Source of the DNA: the human T2T-CHM13v2.0 reference genome, Homo sapiens
Strand: one strand, 5' to 3'
Length of the DNA stretch: 64,000 bases
Assembly (NCBI RefSeq): GCF_009914755.1
Contig: NC_060932.1
Part shown: positions 21,400 through 42,046 of the stretch, piece after piece
How the letters are laid out: the number at the start of each line of letters is the position of its first letter
Numbering within the stretch: the first letter of the stretch is position 1
Program-made: the position numbers and the translations under genes
Notes under the pieces: model-generated
The model's input: the letters and a program-made list of their open reading frames with translations, nothing else
Database searches by the model: none
What the model was told of the DNA's origin: nothing

Positions 21400-21907
21400 G
21401 TAACTTAGCATAAAGTATTAAGTTAACATGAGTTTTGTCGTACAATGTGTATTATGTTTGAATGAGTAATATATTTGTTTTGTCAATTTAACTTTGAATC
21501 TTGGCCCTGAAGGAAGAGGCCACAGTTGTCCCATTCTGCCCCACCACCTTTTGGGCTGATTTGTCATTGGTCAAAGGAATGCTAGTGGAAATAATGTGTG
21601 AGCCCTAGCAACTCTCCTTTTCCTCCTCCCAGTTCTTGAGACTCTTAGTAGAGCTTTTGGAGACTGAATGAGAGTTGTTGAGTTATTGGTTAACTCATTG
21701 TGCTTGACGGAAAGTAAAAAGCAAACAAAGACCACACTTCTTCAGTTGCTCCTAACGTTTTAAGAGTTTCGAGTTGCCTCTTTGCAGTTGCAGCTTCCAA
21801 GGGAAATTGTTTCTCAGGAAAATATGTGGGAGGTTAAAAAAAAATGCTTGAGGAAATGTAATTTCAAATTATTAGTAAACATAACATTGAACTTAAAAAA
21901 AAAACAA

Positions 21908-26690
<4,783 letters not shown>

Positions 26691-27825
26691 TACTTTTTTG
26701 TGCACAGAGTTTAGGTCTCCATTGTCCATCCTGAACTCGGCTCTGGGCTGGGCCTCTCTCTTCATATTCAAATATTTAAAATGTTCTTTAAGACATGAAA
26801 GGGAGCACAGTCATTTTCTGCCTCCACACCCTGTCCCTCCATGTCTCCCAGTAGGTCTTTGCCTCTTCTGGGGGCCATCCTTTGCCTTCTGTCCATTGTC
26901 TAGACATCCTTCTTGTTAATTACGTGCACCCTGTGTTCTTTGAGTACGTAATGGTGTCTTAGCCTGAGAATGAACACCAGAACCGACTGAAGTTCACTCA
27001 GAGAAATTGGGATTGCTTCTGCTGGTGTGGCAGATCGTTTTGCACGCTAGCCCCTTGTCAGATTGGGAGTGCTGTCTGGAGCACTCCCTTGAAAGGAATT
27101 TTGAGCTTGCTGCCAGGGATTGGTTTAGCAGAGTTGGCCAGGGCCTGTGAATGGGGTGTGGTGGCTTCTTGGGAGGAACCTGGGTTACTGGTAAGAGCGT
27201 ATATGGCATTTGTAATCAAAGCACCAACAATTGAATGTCAGTTGAAAACTTTATGCACCTGTATTTTATGAACATGGTATGTGCATATTTCCCTGAAGTC
27301 TGAGTCCTCATCTGTAGAATGGTGTAGTAATGATCAGACTTGATAGGGAGGCAGCACTGTTTTTATAATATAAAATGGTGCATATGGGGATGGTGGTTTC
27401 TTAGTTTAGTTCATCACCTATGAGGAAGACGTCCTAAAAGGATGGTACTGTTGACTGAACTGGTGAATCAGAAAGACCTGGTTGAATTTGGGGGGAAAAA
27501 CTTCCATAATATATTAAAAAATTATATCTGTTGAAATGAGGCTCTAATAAAAGATACAACATCCATTTTACTCCTTAAACTTTTTCCCTCAGAGTCTATA
27601 ACCAAAGAGACCATCCTTTGACTTAGAAGTTCAGCAACTTACAACATGGCCGCCATTATAGTCCAACTCCAAGGATTGCCAAGAGTGGCTCATTTTCCTG
27701 CTTGTGTGCTGTAGAGTTTTTCTTAACAGTTGGTTCTTTTTTATTTTTATTTTTTTGATACAAGATCACAGTTTGTCACCCAGGCTGGAGTGCAGTGGCA
27801 CCATCTCCACTCACTACATCCTTGA

Positions 27826-28032
<207 letters not shown>

Positions 28033-28102
28033 TAGCCTAACAGTCAATTTTTTTTTTATTTTTTATTTTTTTCCTTTTTTGAGACTAAATCTCACTCTGT
28101 AG

Positions 28103-28297
<195 letters not shown>

Positions 28298-28823
28298 TGA
28301 TCCGCCCTCCTCAGTCTTCCAAAGTGCTGGGATTACAGGCGTGAGCCATTGCGCCCAGCATAACAGTCAATTAGTCACTTAATCTGATACCCTAAAATTG
28401 TTTGTGCTATAATTTTTCTCTCTCAGGATGTTTAGGTCTGTTACTTTCTGGTGTTAATAGTGTCACCTCAGAAATCATACAAAGGATACAACAGATTTGA
28501 AAATAATAACTAGAAACTCTAGAATGAAAAAAAAAATACTGTTGTTGATAAGGTAACAGAATTTGTGTTCACTCTGAATAGAACATCCAATTTATTATTT
28601 TCCCCACTAGATAATAGGCTGCCTTGAGGGCTTTGCCATAATATATATGTGATGCTTAGCATTGTGCCTGGCATATATTTGTGGCACAATAGATTAATTT
28701 TTGAATAACTGAATGAATGAGTTAATGAATGTTATAGCGTTTATTCTACATTTTACTTGGCTGTTGATGTATGTTTCTTCCACTGGACTAATGTTGGGCA
28801 CAGGGACCGTGTCTTTTTTTTAA

Positions 28824-29303
28824 ACCATTTTTCTGTTCAGAAAAAAAAAGGTTTAGCTCGCCCCCAGCACTCATTTAATTTTGTATAAACACCCTATGAG
28901 GCTGAAGCAAATCTGAGTGATTTTCATTGTAAAATAAAATAAAAATTGTTCTTGGAATTATTTCTAAACAGAATATCAGTATTGTCTATTTCAGAAAAAT
29001 CGGATTGTTCAAATGAATCTTCGGCCAACAGCTGTTCAAGAGTGATGTCAACATCATCCATAGGAATGCTGTTTTGTAGGATTTGACACTTCAGCGATAG
29101 AGAATTAGTATATTTTGTACATGGAAATACCACCATTAAAAATGAATGCTGTAAACAGAATGTCTATCGTTTCCCAAATTGATATACTAGAAGAATGTGA
29201 AAATAATAATAAAAGCAAGATTTTTGTGGCAAACTTATCTCAGGATAAACACTGCAGCTGCTAGGGCTGCTGGCAAGTATTCTTGGGACTAATGGGACAA
29301 GGG
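28824..29303 (-). mobile_element. MER75 piggyBac-family non-autonomous transposon
   Basis: TTAA on both sides (28820-28823, 29304-29307); degenerate CCC...GGG TIRs; translates to LEQLLAEDSFEQSDFSEID, resembling the PGBD4 transposase N-terminus. Confidence 0.88.
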
Positions 29304-29361
29304 TTAAGAGTTGGGGTTCTTGCTCTGTCGCCCAGGCTGGGGAGCAGTGGCACCATCATAG

Positions 29362-29773
<412 letters not shown>

Positions 29774-30199
29774 TAATTTAAAATTTTTTAATAAATATAA
29801 AAATTAGCTCATCTTGAACTTTTGGCCTCTAGCAGTCCTCCCACTTCAGCCTCCGAAAGTGCTGGGATTGCAAGCGTGAACCACCATGACCAGCTTGGGA
29901 CCATGTCTTAATCATTTTTGTACAACCCAGTTTCAATCAGAATGTTGGGCACATAGTAGGTGAACTAATTTTAGTGAATTTCTTAGGCAAATAGGATTTT
30001 ACAATAAATCTAATTTCCCCCCAGAATATATTTACCATATTTATTTGAATTGAAATAACAAGCATGGGAAGAAGTTTATTTTGATAATCAGAACAGGACC
30101 ATAGTGAGAGTCTGATTGAAACTTCCCTTTGATTTGCCCATTGAAATTGAGTCCAAATGAGAGGCATACCTGCCATTAATAGCTTTTATTTTATTTTAA

Positions 30200-30322
<123 letters not shown>

Positions 30323-30380
30323 TGAGTAGCTGGGATTACAGGCACCCGCCACCATGCCCGGCTAATTTTTGTATTGTTAA

Positions 30381-30500
<120 letters not shown>

Positions 30501-31003
30501 TAATAACTTTTAGAAAAAATTTCCAAATACTGGAATATAGAAATTAGCCAAGTATCAGAAAACAGCAAATCAGATTATAATGTTTATTTATTATTATTTT
30601 TTGAGACAGAATCTCACTTTGTCACTCAGAGTGCAGTGTGGTAGCATGATCATAGCTCACTGGAGCCGCAACCTCCTGAGCTTAGGCAATCTACCTGCGT
30701 CAGCCTCCAGAGTAGCTGGGACCACAGGTGCCTACCACCACACCTGGCTAAATATTATTATTATTTGTCTCATTATGTTGCCCAGGCTAGTCTTGAACTC
30801 CTGGTCTCAGTGGATCCTTACTCTTCAGCCTGTCAAAAATTGCTGGGATTACAGGAGTAAGCCACCCACACCTGGCCTATTTTTTAAATTGTGAATCATT
30901 TTTACTGATTATTGTACGTTTACATAAAAGGACGTAAAATATAAACAGCTAAGCTATCACTAAGCAAAGACCCCTGTATCTTATCACTCAAGACTTTCTA
31001 TTA

Positions 31004-31405
<402 letters not shown>

Positions 31406-32204
31406 TCATTTCCAATCACACCTCCTCTTGATTTATTTGCTGTTTTCCCCACTCACCTTTGTTGCCCAGGCTGGAGTGCAGAGGCGCAGTCTTAGCTTAC
31501 CGCAGCCTCAACCTCCCGGGCTCAAGCGATCCTCTTGCCTTGGCCCCCCAGTAGCTGGGACTACAGGCATGCGCCACCCTATCCGCTTAGTTTTTGTGTG
31601 TTTTGGTAGAGATGGGGATTCACCGTGTTGGCCAGGCTGGTCTCCGATTCCTGACCTCAAGTGATCTACCTGCCTCGAGCTCCCAAAGTGCTGGGATTAT
31701 AAGCACCAGCCAGTTATTTCTTGATTATATGCTAAACAATGAGTGGATTATTCATGAGTCTAATTTTTATGGAGATGGAGTCTTACTATGTTGTCCAGGC
31801 TGATCTCCTGGACTCAAGCAGTCATCCTGCCTGGGCTTCCTTAAGTGTTGGGATTACAAGTATGAGCCACTGTGCTTGTCCGGATCCTTGAATTAATATT
31901 ATTTCACTCTGATGTTTCTCCCTTGTTATATCTATTTCCAGGTTTGATTTGAATGCCTGGACAGATTTGTTTATTATTGATCATTGTCTTAGCATGTTAG
32001 TTGTTATTTTATGCTTACATTATGCTTACATTAGACAATTTGGGGGAAAAAAGGACCTAGTTTATAATCATTGTATGTTGTAGTGCTTTTTACCTATGAT
32101 TTATACATGTGAGCACATTACAGATAGAAATGTCCGGGCACGTCCGGGCGCAGTGACTCATTCCTGTAATCCCAGCACTTTGGGAGGCTGTGGTGGGCAG
32201 ATCA

Positions 32205-32480
<276 letters not shown>

Positions 32481-34736
32481 TCATGCTTGTGATCCCAGCA
32501 CTTTGGGAGGCTTCTGTGGGAGCATCGCTTAAACCCAGGAGTTTGAGACCAGGTCGAGTAATATAGTGAGATCCTGTCTCAAATAAAAAACTAGATATTA
32601 ATAATAAAATTGGAATTACAACTTTTTTTTTTTTTTGAGATGAAGTTTTGTTCTTATTGCGCAGGCTGGAGTGCAACGGTGCGACCTCGGCTCACTGAAA
32701 CCTCTGCTTCCCAGGTTGAAGCGATTCTCCTGCCTCAGCCTTCCGAGTAGCTGGGATTACAGACATGCGCCACCACGCACGGCTAATTTTCTATTTTAGT
32801 AGAGAAGAGGTTTCTCCATGTTGGTTAGCCTGGTCTCGAACTCCCGACCTCAGGTGCTCCGCCTGCCTCATCCTCCCAAAGTGCTGGGATTACAGGAGTG
32901 AGCCACCGCGCCCGGCTGGAATTACAACTTTTTAATACTGTGCTTTTCATTTAGTGTGATTCTGTGAACATTTTCTTGTCATTAACATTTTAAAAAATAA
33001 GATTTTAATGCTTGTATAGGATTCTGTTACTTGGCTTTAATATTCAGTCATTCTACTTTTGTTTCAAGTTTTCACTATTATACATAAGTCTGCAGTGATC
33101 ATTTTTGGATACAACCTGTGTAAATTTCTGATCGTTGTTTAATTACTGTATCAGTGGGTTTGAATGTTCATAAGGATTTTTTTTATTGAGGCTTTTAAAA
33201 AGGAGAGCTGACAATTACATTTTCAGTTGTTTAGATTCAAGCTGCAAGTCTCTTATTTGGGATCTGATAGATGACTTATGGGTGAAAAGGACTTTGAATT
33301 CCTGGAACATATTCAGGGGCCTAACACCACTTTAGAAATTGGACAGAAGTTGGATTTATTTACATGTGGAAGTAATCATTGTTAAGAACAAGGAAAAATA
33401 TGTGACATCACAGGATCAGTTTGTAAATAGAACAGGAACAGTTTGCTCATAACATAAAAAAACAGACAATGAAAACCCAAATATAAGTGAGCATTAGCTG
33501 AATTAGAGCATAAGTGTGTCCCCTCTTTTGCATTTAGATCAACTGTGGGCATTATGTATTCTGCTCCTGGCAAGCCTGAGCGTCGTCTTGGTTCTCATTT
33601 GTGGTGTTTTATTCTTGGTTAGAATGGATGATTGAGTGATTGCCATTTTCGCTCTTTCAGGAAGTTCTTACCCAGTGTTGTTGGGGCTTTGACTCATGTT
33701 TGACCTTTTCTATCTGTCTGGGTTTAGTAGCTACCATGGCTAATCCTACCCCCAACCCCTTTGCACAGACATAGGTCCTCATGGCTCCCCATTTTCTATT
33801 CACATCATTCATGGTGTGCCAGATTCCCATCCAACAATTGAGGTTTTATATAATAATAATACAGTAGATATGTGGTGGTTCACAGACCTTCTTATATTAG
33901 GAAAATTCCACACTGATTAAAAGTCACAGTGGTGAGTCATTTGTGATGTGTAATGAGCTTACCTGTCATATCTTTGTTTTATCTGTGTCCCCTCTATCTG
34001 GACGGCCTCGCGAAGAACCAGGGCACCTGGACAGGGACTTGGTCCCCCAAGAGAAAGAACACAGGGCTAGAGGTAGAGTGGGTGATAATAGTTACTGCAG
34101 CATTTATGACACTGGCAGGTTTAGGACCCAGGACCCACTCTGGAGTAAGAAGGACACACTGAGCCAGCAGCCAGGACTCTGTTGTCAGATACCATGTGAT
34201 GTGTTACAGAGATGGAGCAGGAGAGGGCAGAAAGGCATGTAAGTATCTGACAGCATCAGGCTGTCAGAACTCCAGTAGCAAACAGAAAAACAGGGCACAC
34301 ATGAATACCACAGGGCAAGTACAAAGAGAAGGGTTAGAGGCCAGATGGATAAGCTAAAAATAGGATTATCTGGACATCCTGCAGTACTTTCAGCACAGTG
34401 TATCTAAAATCGACGTCGTCATAGTCCTTCCACTGACCTTTTCCATTTCTGATAATGACAAGATACATCCTGTCACCAGGCTTGAAGTCTTAGGTCTTCT
34501 TTGCTTCTTTTTCTGTGTTCTTTGCTTGTAGTCAGTTACTGTATCTCTAGTAATTCTGCCTCCATGTGGAAAGGTCTTGGGGTTCCAACCTTGGCTCTCC
34601 CACACATAGGCCCTAAGATAAAGTCACTAAACCTCACCACCTAACATGGAAGAAGACCATCTCACAGGGTTGTCATGAGAATTGGAGATGAAATGCCCTA
34701 TTACTTCTTAGCCAGACTATTGTAGGTGTTTCCAGG

Positions 34737-35109
34737 GTCAAAGGAGAAAAATTACAACAATTTAGTTTTAAGATCTTAATTGGCTTTCTAGAATTGGGCA
34801 ACACTTCATCTCATAAAATAGAGTATCCTGTGAGCTAAGTAGAGGAGCTTGGCTTTTTAGAGAGAAATGGGCTGAAGAAACCAGAAACAAAGAACTAAAA
34901 GCAGATGAGTCGTTTCAAAGGGACTTTTCTTGTAAGGCAGGGGCAGGAAGACAGAACAATACAAAAATAACATGGTTAGCATCAGGTGACTTCAGGTTAT
35001 CTGAACCTGAGCACGGTGACTGCATTTTGGTTTGTAGTCTAGTATGTTGAGGCCCTATTGTGCAGGAGCTCAATCTGCAACAATGGCCGCCTATAATTTT
35101 TATTTGACA
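34737..35109 (-). mobile_element. ERV1-class LTR (MER93-like)
   Basis: gtcaaaggagaaaaattacaacaatttagttttaagatc ... tttatttgaca; family assignment from memory and uncertain. Confidence 0.45.
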
Positions 35110-35952
35110 CCAGATTGGATTCCTGCCTCTAATTTAGCCTTCCCACTTCTGCCAGTTTGTTCTTTCTAACAACATAGCTCTGATCATGTCATATCCTTCC
35201 TCAAAACCTTTATGGCATTTTCATTAACTATTAGAATTCCTGTCCTAGTTTCGAGGCCTCTTCACCACCTGGCCCCATCCTACATTTTTGGTTCTATCCT
35301 CTAACATTTCCTTTTATACCCCCTGACCCTGGCGTTCCAGCCACATTGAACTTGCTGTCTTGAGGAGATGTCCTTGTCTCAGTGGCATTGCTCATACTTG
35401 GAATTGTTCTTTTCCACACCTCTCAGGCTCCAAATCTTCATCTTTCGAGTTCCTGTTCAAATGCTCCCATCTCTGTTGCAGGTCCCTGCAACCCCTGACT
35501 GTAAGTCTCCTTAACTTCCATGATTCTTTCTCGGAGCTCTTGTCACATTCATTGCTTTATGCTTTTTGTTTTTTGGGTACATGATGTATTTAACTTCATG
35601 TTCTGAGTCCTAGGGAGTTCTTCCTAAGCACTTAGCAAATATGTGTTGTAGGCAATTAGTAGCTATATATGATCAGTAGACTCCACGGGGGAATAATAAG
35701 CGGATTAAGAGTTGACAGGTCCCTAGGGACTGAGAGTGCGGGGAAAGCACAGGCGTAAAGCAGGTGTCTTAACACTGGCTTTAGAAGATCTAGAAAACTA
35801 GTAACCAAGAGCTTTTAACATGGTTCTTGTTAAGATGTGAAGAGGTAAGATAACTAATTTGAGTGGCTATTGTATGCCAGTCACCGGTCTAGGTATTTTA
35901 TGTATATTCACTCATTTGAACTCTGGCCAGATGACATTCTTCCCTTCTGTAA

Positions 35953-36207
<255 letters not shown>

Positions 36208-36681
36208 TGACTTATGGTGATCTGCCTGCCTTGGCCTCCCAAAGTGCTAGGATTACAGGCATGAGCCACTGTGCCCAGCCCCGTTGACTTCTTGTTACAC
36301 TTAGAATAAAATACAAAGTCAGGTGGTGGCTCGCGCATTTAATCCCAGGACTTCGGGAGGCCGGGGCAGGAGGATCACTTGAGCCTGAGAGTTCAAGACC
36401 AGTCTGGGCAACATAGTGACACACCCCATCTCTAATTAAAAAAAACAAAACAAAACTCCATAAGTAGCCCTACGGGACCCCAGACTCACACTGTACGACT
36501 TCCTCACCTTTCCATCTTCTCTGACCAGCTCCTTACCTCTGCTCCCTCCTCTAAAGCTTTTTGCCCATGAATCCCAAATTTATGTTTTTTCATTTCAGCT
36601 TTAAAACCCTACCCTATTATGATAACAATAATGGAGTACATTGCCCTTGTGTGGTTCTTCATACTTTTTTTTTTTTTTTGA

Positions 36682-36816
<135 letters not shown>

Positions 36817-37572
36817 TAACATGTCCAGCTAATTTTTCTATTTTTAGCAGAGATGGGGTTTCACCACGTTGGCCAAACTGGTCTCAAACTCCTGACCTCA
36901 GGTGATCCATCTGCCTCGGCCTCCTAAAGTGCTAGGATTACAGGCCACCATGCCCAGCTCTTCATAATTTTTCAAAGCACATTCTTCTTATTTCGTTTGA
37001 TCCTATTTCAGTCCACAATTTTCCACATACCTTTTCTCAAAAATAAGAGTATAGAAGAGTTGGGTGCAGTGGCTCACACCTGTAATCCCAGCACTTTGGG
37101 AGTCTGAGGCGGGCGGATCACTTGAGACCAGCCTGGCTAATATGGTGAAACGCTGTCTCTAATAAAAATACAAAAAATTAGCCAGGTGTGGTGGCAGGTG
37201 TCTGTAATCGCAGCTACAGGCTCCTACTGAGGCGGGAGAATCACTTGAACCTGGGTGGTGGAGGTTGCGGTGAGCCGAGCTTGCGCCACTGCACTCCAGC
37301 CTGGGCGACAGTGCGAAACTCCGTCTCAAAAAAAAAAAAAAAAGTATAGAGGGATTGAAATGCCAAGAAAACTTGACAGTTTATCAAATAACATCTTTGC
37401 CATACATCTTAATGCCAGTTGTGGGACTGGCCTGTGGCTCCTTTAAGCCTTGGAGTTGTAACAGAAAGTTTTCTTCAGATAGTTTTGTTAATCACACTGT
37501 TTAAAATGTGCTATGAAATTTCTTGGATCTTTGGAGAGAAACAAGATACTGTTATAATAATTACTGTGGAGA

Positions 37573-38201
37573 TGTCACTGGAAAGGGGATCCAGACCCCA
37601 AGAGAGGGTTCTTGGACCTCGTGCAAGAAATAATTCAGATTGAGTCCATAGAGTAAAGTGAATGTAAGTTTATTAAGTAAAGAAACAAAAGAATGGTTAC
37701 TCCATAGGCAGAGCAGTAGCTTGGACTGCTCGACTGATAATACCATAATTATTTATTCATTATATGCTAAACAAGGGGTGGATTATTCATGAGTTTTCCA
37801 GGAATGGGGTGGGCAATTCCCGGAAATGAGAGTTCCTCCCCATTTCAGGCCATATAGGGTAACTACCTGACGTTGCCATGGCATTTGTAAATTGTCATGG
37901 CGCTGGTGGGAGTGTCTTTTAGCATGCATGCTAATGTATTATAACTAGTGCATAATGAGAAGTGAGGACAGCCAGAGCTCACTTTTGTCACCATCTTGGT
38001 TTTGATGGGTTTTGGCCGGTGTCTTTACCATCACCTGTTTTATCGGCATGGTCTTTGTGACCTGTACCTTGCACCGACCTCCTATCTCATCCTGTGACTT
38101 AGAAGGCCTAACCTCCTGGAAGTGCAGCCCAGTGGGTCTTAGCCACATTTTACCAAGCCCCTGTTCATAATGGAGTCGCTTTGGTTCAGATGCCTTTGAC
38201 G
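37573..38201 (-). mobile_element. MER41B-like solo LTR with two intact GAS motifs
   Basis: Matches the reverse MER41 consensus along its length; TSD GAGA 37569-37572 and 38202-38205; TTCCAGGAA 37796-37804 and TTCCCGGAA 37817-37825. Confidence 0.88.
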
Positions 38202-38463
38202 GAGAAGGTAACTTTTCACTATATATTCTTTGTACAGTTCAGGTGTTTGGTTAAACACATGCTTGTAGTATCTGTTTAAATTAGTTATATGTATATGTAT
38301 ACTCTGGGAAGTGGCTCTTCTCATTATTACAATTTTTTTCGAAAAGCAATCAGCTTTTATTTGACAATTTGGAAAATACGGGAAGAAAAAAAGTTATTCC
38401 GGCCAGGCGCGGTGCCTCACGCCTATAATCCTAGCACTTTGGGAGGCCGAGGCGGGTGGATCA

Positions 38464-38887
<424 letters not shown>

Positions 38888-38938
38888 TAGCTGGGATTAC
38901 AGGCATCCACCACCACGCCCAACTAATTTGCATTTTAA

Positions 38939-39067
<129 letters not shown>

Positions 39068-40273
39068 TGAATGGATGTTCTGTAAAACATTTACACTTCC
39101 TTTAAACAGGTATTTCCAAGTATGTGGATTTTTGTTTATTTGGTTTTGAGGGAAGGTCTTACTATGTTGCTCAGGTTGGAGTGCAGTGGCGCATCAGCTC
39201 ACTGTAGCCTCAAACTCCTGGGCTCAGGCGATCCTCCCACCTCAGCCTCCTGAGTAGCTGGGACTACAGGCGTGCACCACTGTGCCTGGCTCATTTTCTT
39301 GTTTGTTGAGATTGGGTCTCACTGTGTTGCCCAGGCTTGTCTTGAACTCCTGGGCTCAACTGATCTTCCCACCTCAGCCTCCCAAAGTGCTGGGATTACA
39401 GACATGAGCCACTGTGTTCAACCCAAATATGATTTTTGTGGTAGGATATGCCATTAGTTAGTGTTGTTAGTAAGAGGCTTTTCTCTGTGTATCTTCACTC
39501 CATTTGAGAAGAGTAAAACATAGAACTGTGCCATAAGTTTCTGAACTTAGAATAGTAAAGAAGTAACAAGCCAGTCTTGGCCTGGCCCAATGATGCGCAC
39601 CTGTAGGCCCAGCTACTTGGAAGGCAGAGGTGGGAGGATTGCTTGAGCCCAGGAGTTTGATGCCAGCCTGGGCAATATAGACACCTTGTCTCTCAGCAGA
39701 CAACAACCCAGTCTTAGCTGGTGCCTCACTTAAACTCTGCAATCCTTGCTACACCAGCCCCATCAAAGTTAATATGTGTGTGTATTGTCCAGCAGTGACA
39801 GGAAGAATAAAGGAAATAGAAATGAAGAGGTAGAATGATCAGGATTTTGCAGTTGGTTGAGTGTGCAGGATAAAGATGGTAAACTCAGATGATCAAGTTT
39901 CATATATGGACAGGAGACTTGTAGAGGTTAGGTTTTGGAACCTAAATTCCTGGATTCAAATCCCATCTCTACAGCTTGGTAGTTGTTTGTTCCTGGGCAG
40001 TGTTTTTTAACCTCTGAGCCTCAGTTTGCTATGTATAACATGGGAATAATTTAGTACCCACTTCGTTAGGTTATTGCAGGGCTTAAGAGAGATTCCACAT
40101 AAAGCACTTAGCATAGTGCCTGAATGTTTTTCATTAATTATTAATAGCGAGGCCATTTTTTAAGTTAGAGAACAAATAAGGAGGGCAGAAGTGGGAGATG
40201 TTAAAGAAGGTGATTGTCATTTAGAGGAGCTGAGTTTAAAGTAGCCAAGGGCAGTACTCAGAAGACAGGACTA

Positions 40274-40302
40274 CTGGCCTGGCCTGGCCTGGCCTGGCCT
40301 GG
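40274..40302. repeat. (CTGGC)5+ pentanucleotide microsatellite
   Basis: ctggcctggcctggcctggcctggcctgg. Confidence 0.9.
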
Positions 40303-40834
40303 AAAGGGTTATTGCAGAAGGATGATCCTGGATCCACTATGTAGCTTTGCATTCATTCTCTGAAACTGCTTCCTAGATGGCTTCAAAGCTCTCAAAGCTC
40401 CACTAGTTTGAACCTGTAAAATGTTTGATTAACTGAGACAACTTGGGTTGCTTACCTTTAGCTCTAGAGTGTAGCTGACTCACTGGAAAGTTTTTGTGCT
40501 TTTTCAACCACTGGCACCAGGGCTGATGCCTGTGTTTGTGTGTGTTGTTCACTGCTCTATGGTGCCTGGGCCAGGGGGAATGAGGTAAAATCCTGCTGTT
40601 GTCTTCACTCCAAGCCTTGTGCACTTGGCTGCAACTGAATGGGCTGGCAGCATTTCTGCCTTGGGAATGTTTATCTGCTCCCTCGATGGGTGGGGCTTAG
40701 TGTTGAGAGTCAAGCCACTGAAGAAGTTGCCTGTGGCCAGCCTGACTCCATGTGGTCAGTGTAATTTTCTATTATAAGGATTGCATCCTGGGGTTACTTA
40801 AATTCTTTTTTTGTTTTTTTTTTTCTTGTTGCAG

Positions 40835-40946
40835 ATCATCAATGCTGTGGTACTGTTGATTTTATTGAGTGCCCTGGCTGATCCGGATCAGTATAACTTT
40901 TCAAGTTCTGAACTGGGAGGTGACTTTGAGTTCATGGATGATGCCA
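40835..40946 (+). CDS. LAPTM4B: LAPTM4B exon 2 (112 nt)
   Basis: Long polypyrimidine tract + TTGCAG acceptor; IINAVVLLILLSALADPDQYNFSSSELGGDFEFMDDA; donor A|GTAAGT. Confidence 0.97.
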
Positions 40947-42046
40947 GTAAGTAGTAGATATTTGGGTATTTTCAAGGGCAGGGAATCTGACTGCCAGCAC
41001 TTCCTATTAAATTACAAATATAGACTCGTGAGTTCATTTGAGCTGATATATAACTTGTCATTGCAAATCAACGAATATTTGTGTGCGTCTAACATTCTGT
41101 CTTCTAGGTGCAAGAGTCTAAATAAGATCTATTTTCATCTTATGTTAACTTACCCACTTAAAAAATGATTGCATTATCATAGACTTTCTACCCTGGGCCT
41201 TTTGGCCTTTTTTGAGAGGAAGGGGTATAAATGCCAGGAAGGAAGGTGAAAAGGCTTGTGCTTATCTCCTTGTGTCTTCTATTATGTTTCAGTATTTATT
41301 TTTATTCTAGGAGTGATCCTTTTCCATTCTAGAAATGATGTTGCAGATTATTTGGGGGAATTTAGGGCCTTTTCCCAGTGAATGGAAATATGTACAGGGA
41401 TGTGGATGTGGGGTAAGCAGGGAGGAAGCTAGGCTCCCAGCTTGAAGATCACTACAGCCTCATCATTTTATAATCATTATGCCGAGTCCATGCCAAAGGA
41501 GAGGAGTAGTGCTGTGCATAATCTCCAGCAGAAGATAGTACAGATTTATTTCTCATTGGCTTCGGAGAACTTCAAGTGAGTTTTTCTTAAAAAGTGTTGG
41601 AGCAAAGTAAGAGGGGAGAGAGTGGCTCAACATGCAGTTTTAGAGATCGGAAGCATTCGAAAGACATGGTGAGGGCTCTTTGTTTCTCCAAGTAAGAAAA
41701 AGCTGTTCAGTGGTTTTAACTAAATGCATGAACTGATATATGCATTTAAGATCCCTTTTGCTGCTGAGTAGGGTACTGGGTGTGTGAGCACAGAGCCTGG
41801 GAGAGTGGTATTGGGGATACCACCTAGGCTGCACTGGGGATAGAGAACAGGGAAGGATTTGGCAACTTGCTGTTTTGGGCAGCGAAGGAGACGGAGGAAT
41901 CAAAGATGACTTCTGCTTTCCAGTTTTAGGAGATGACCTGCATCTTAACTGAGCTGAGAAAGTCCGGAGTCAGGAGGTGGGAACAGACCTGGGGGAGAAA
42001 AATAGACTTTAATTTCAGTAACTAGCTGAGCACAGTTGTTTGGAAT

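Noticed and set aside
28924-29136. Transposase-like acidic ORF
   Set aside because: Only the N-terminal remnant carried by non-autonomous MER75; no catalytic domain.
33943-34242. Non-Alu ORFs of 99 and 69 aa in intron 1
   Set aside because: No recognisable homology, no convincing splice or start context, and length within chance expectation.
40869-41168. 99-aa ORF overlapping exon 2
   Set aside because: Out of frame with LAPTM4B, begins at a non-ATG codon and runs into the intron; no support.
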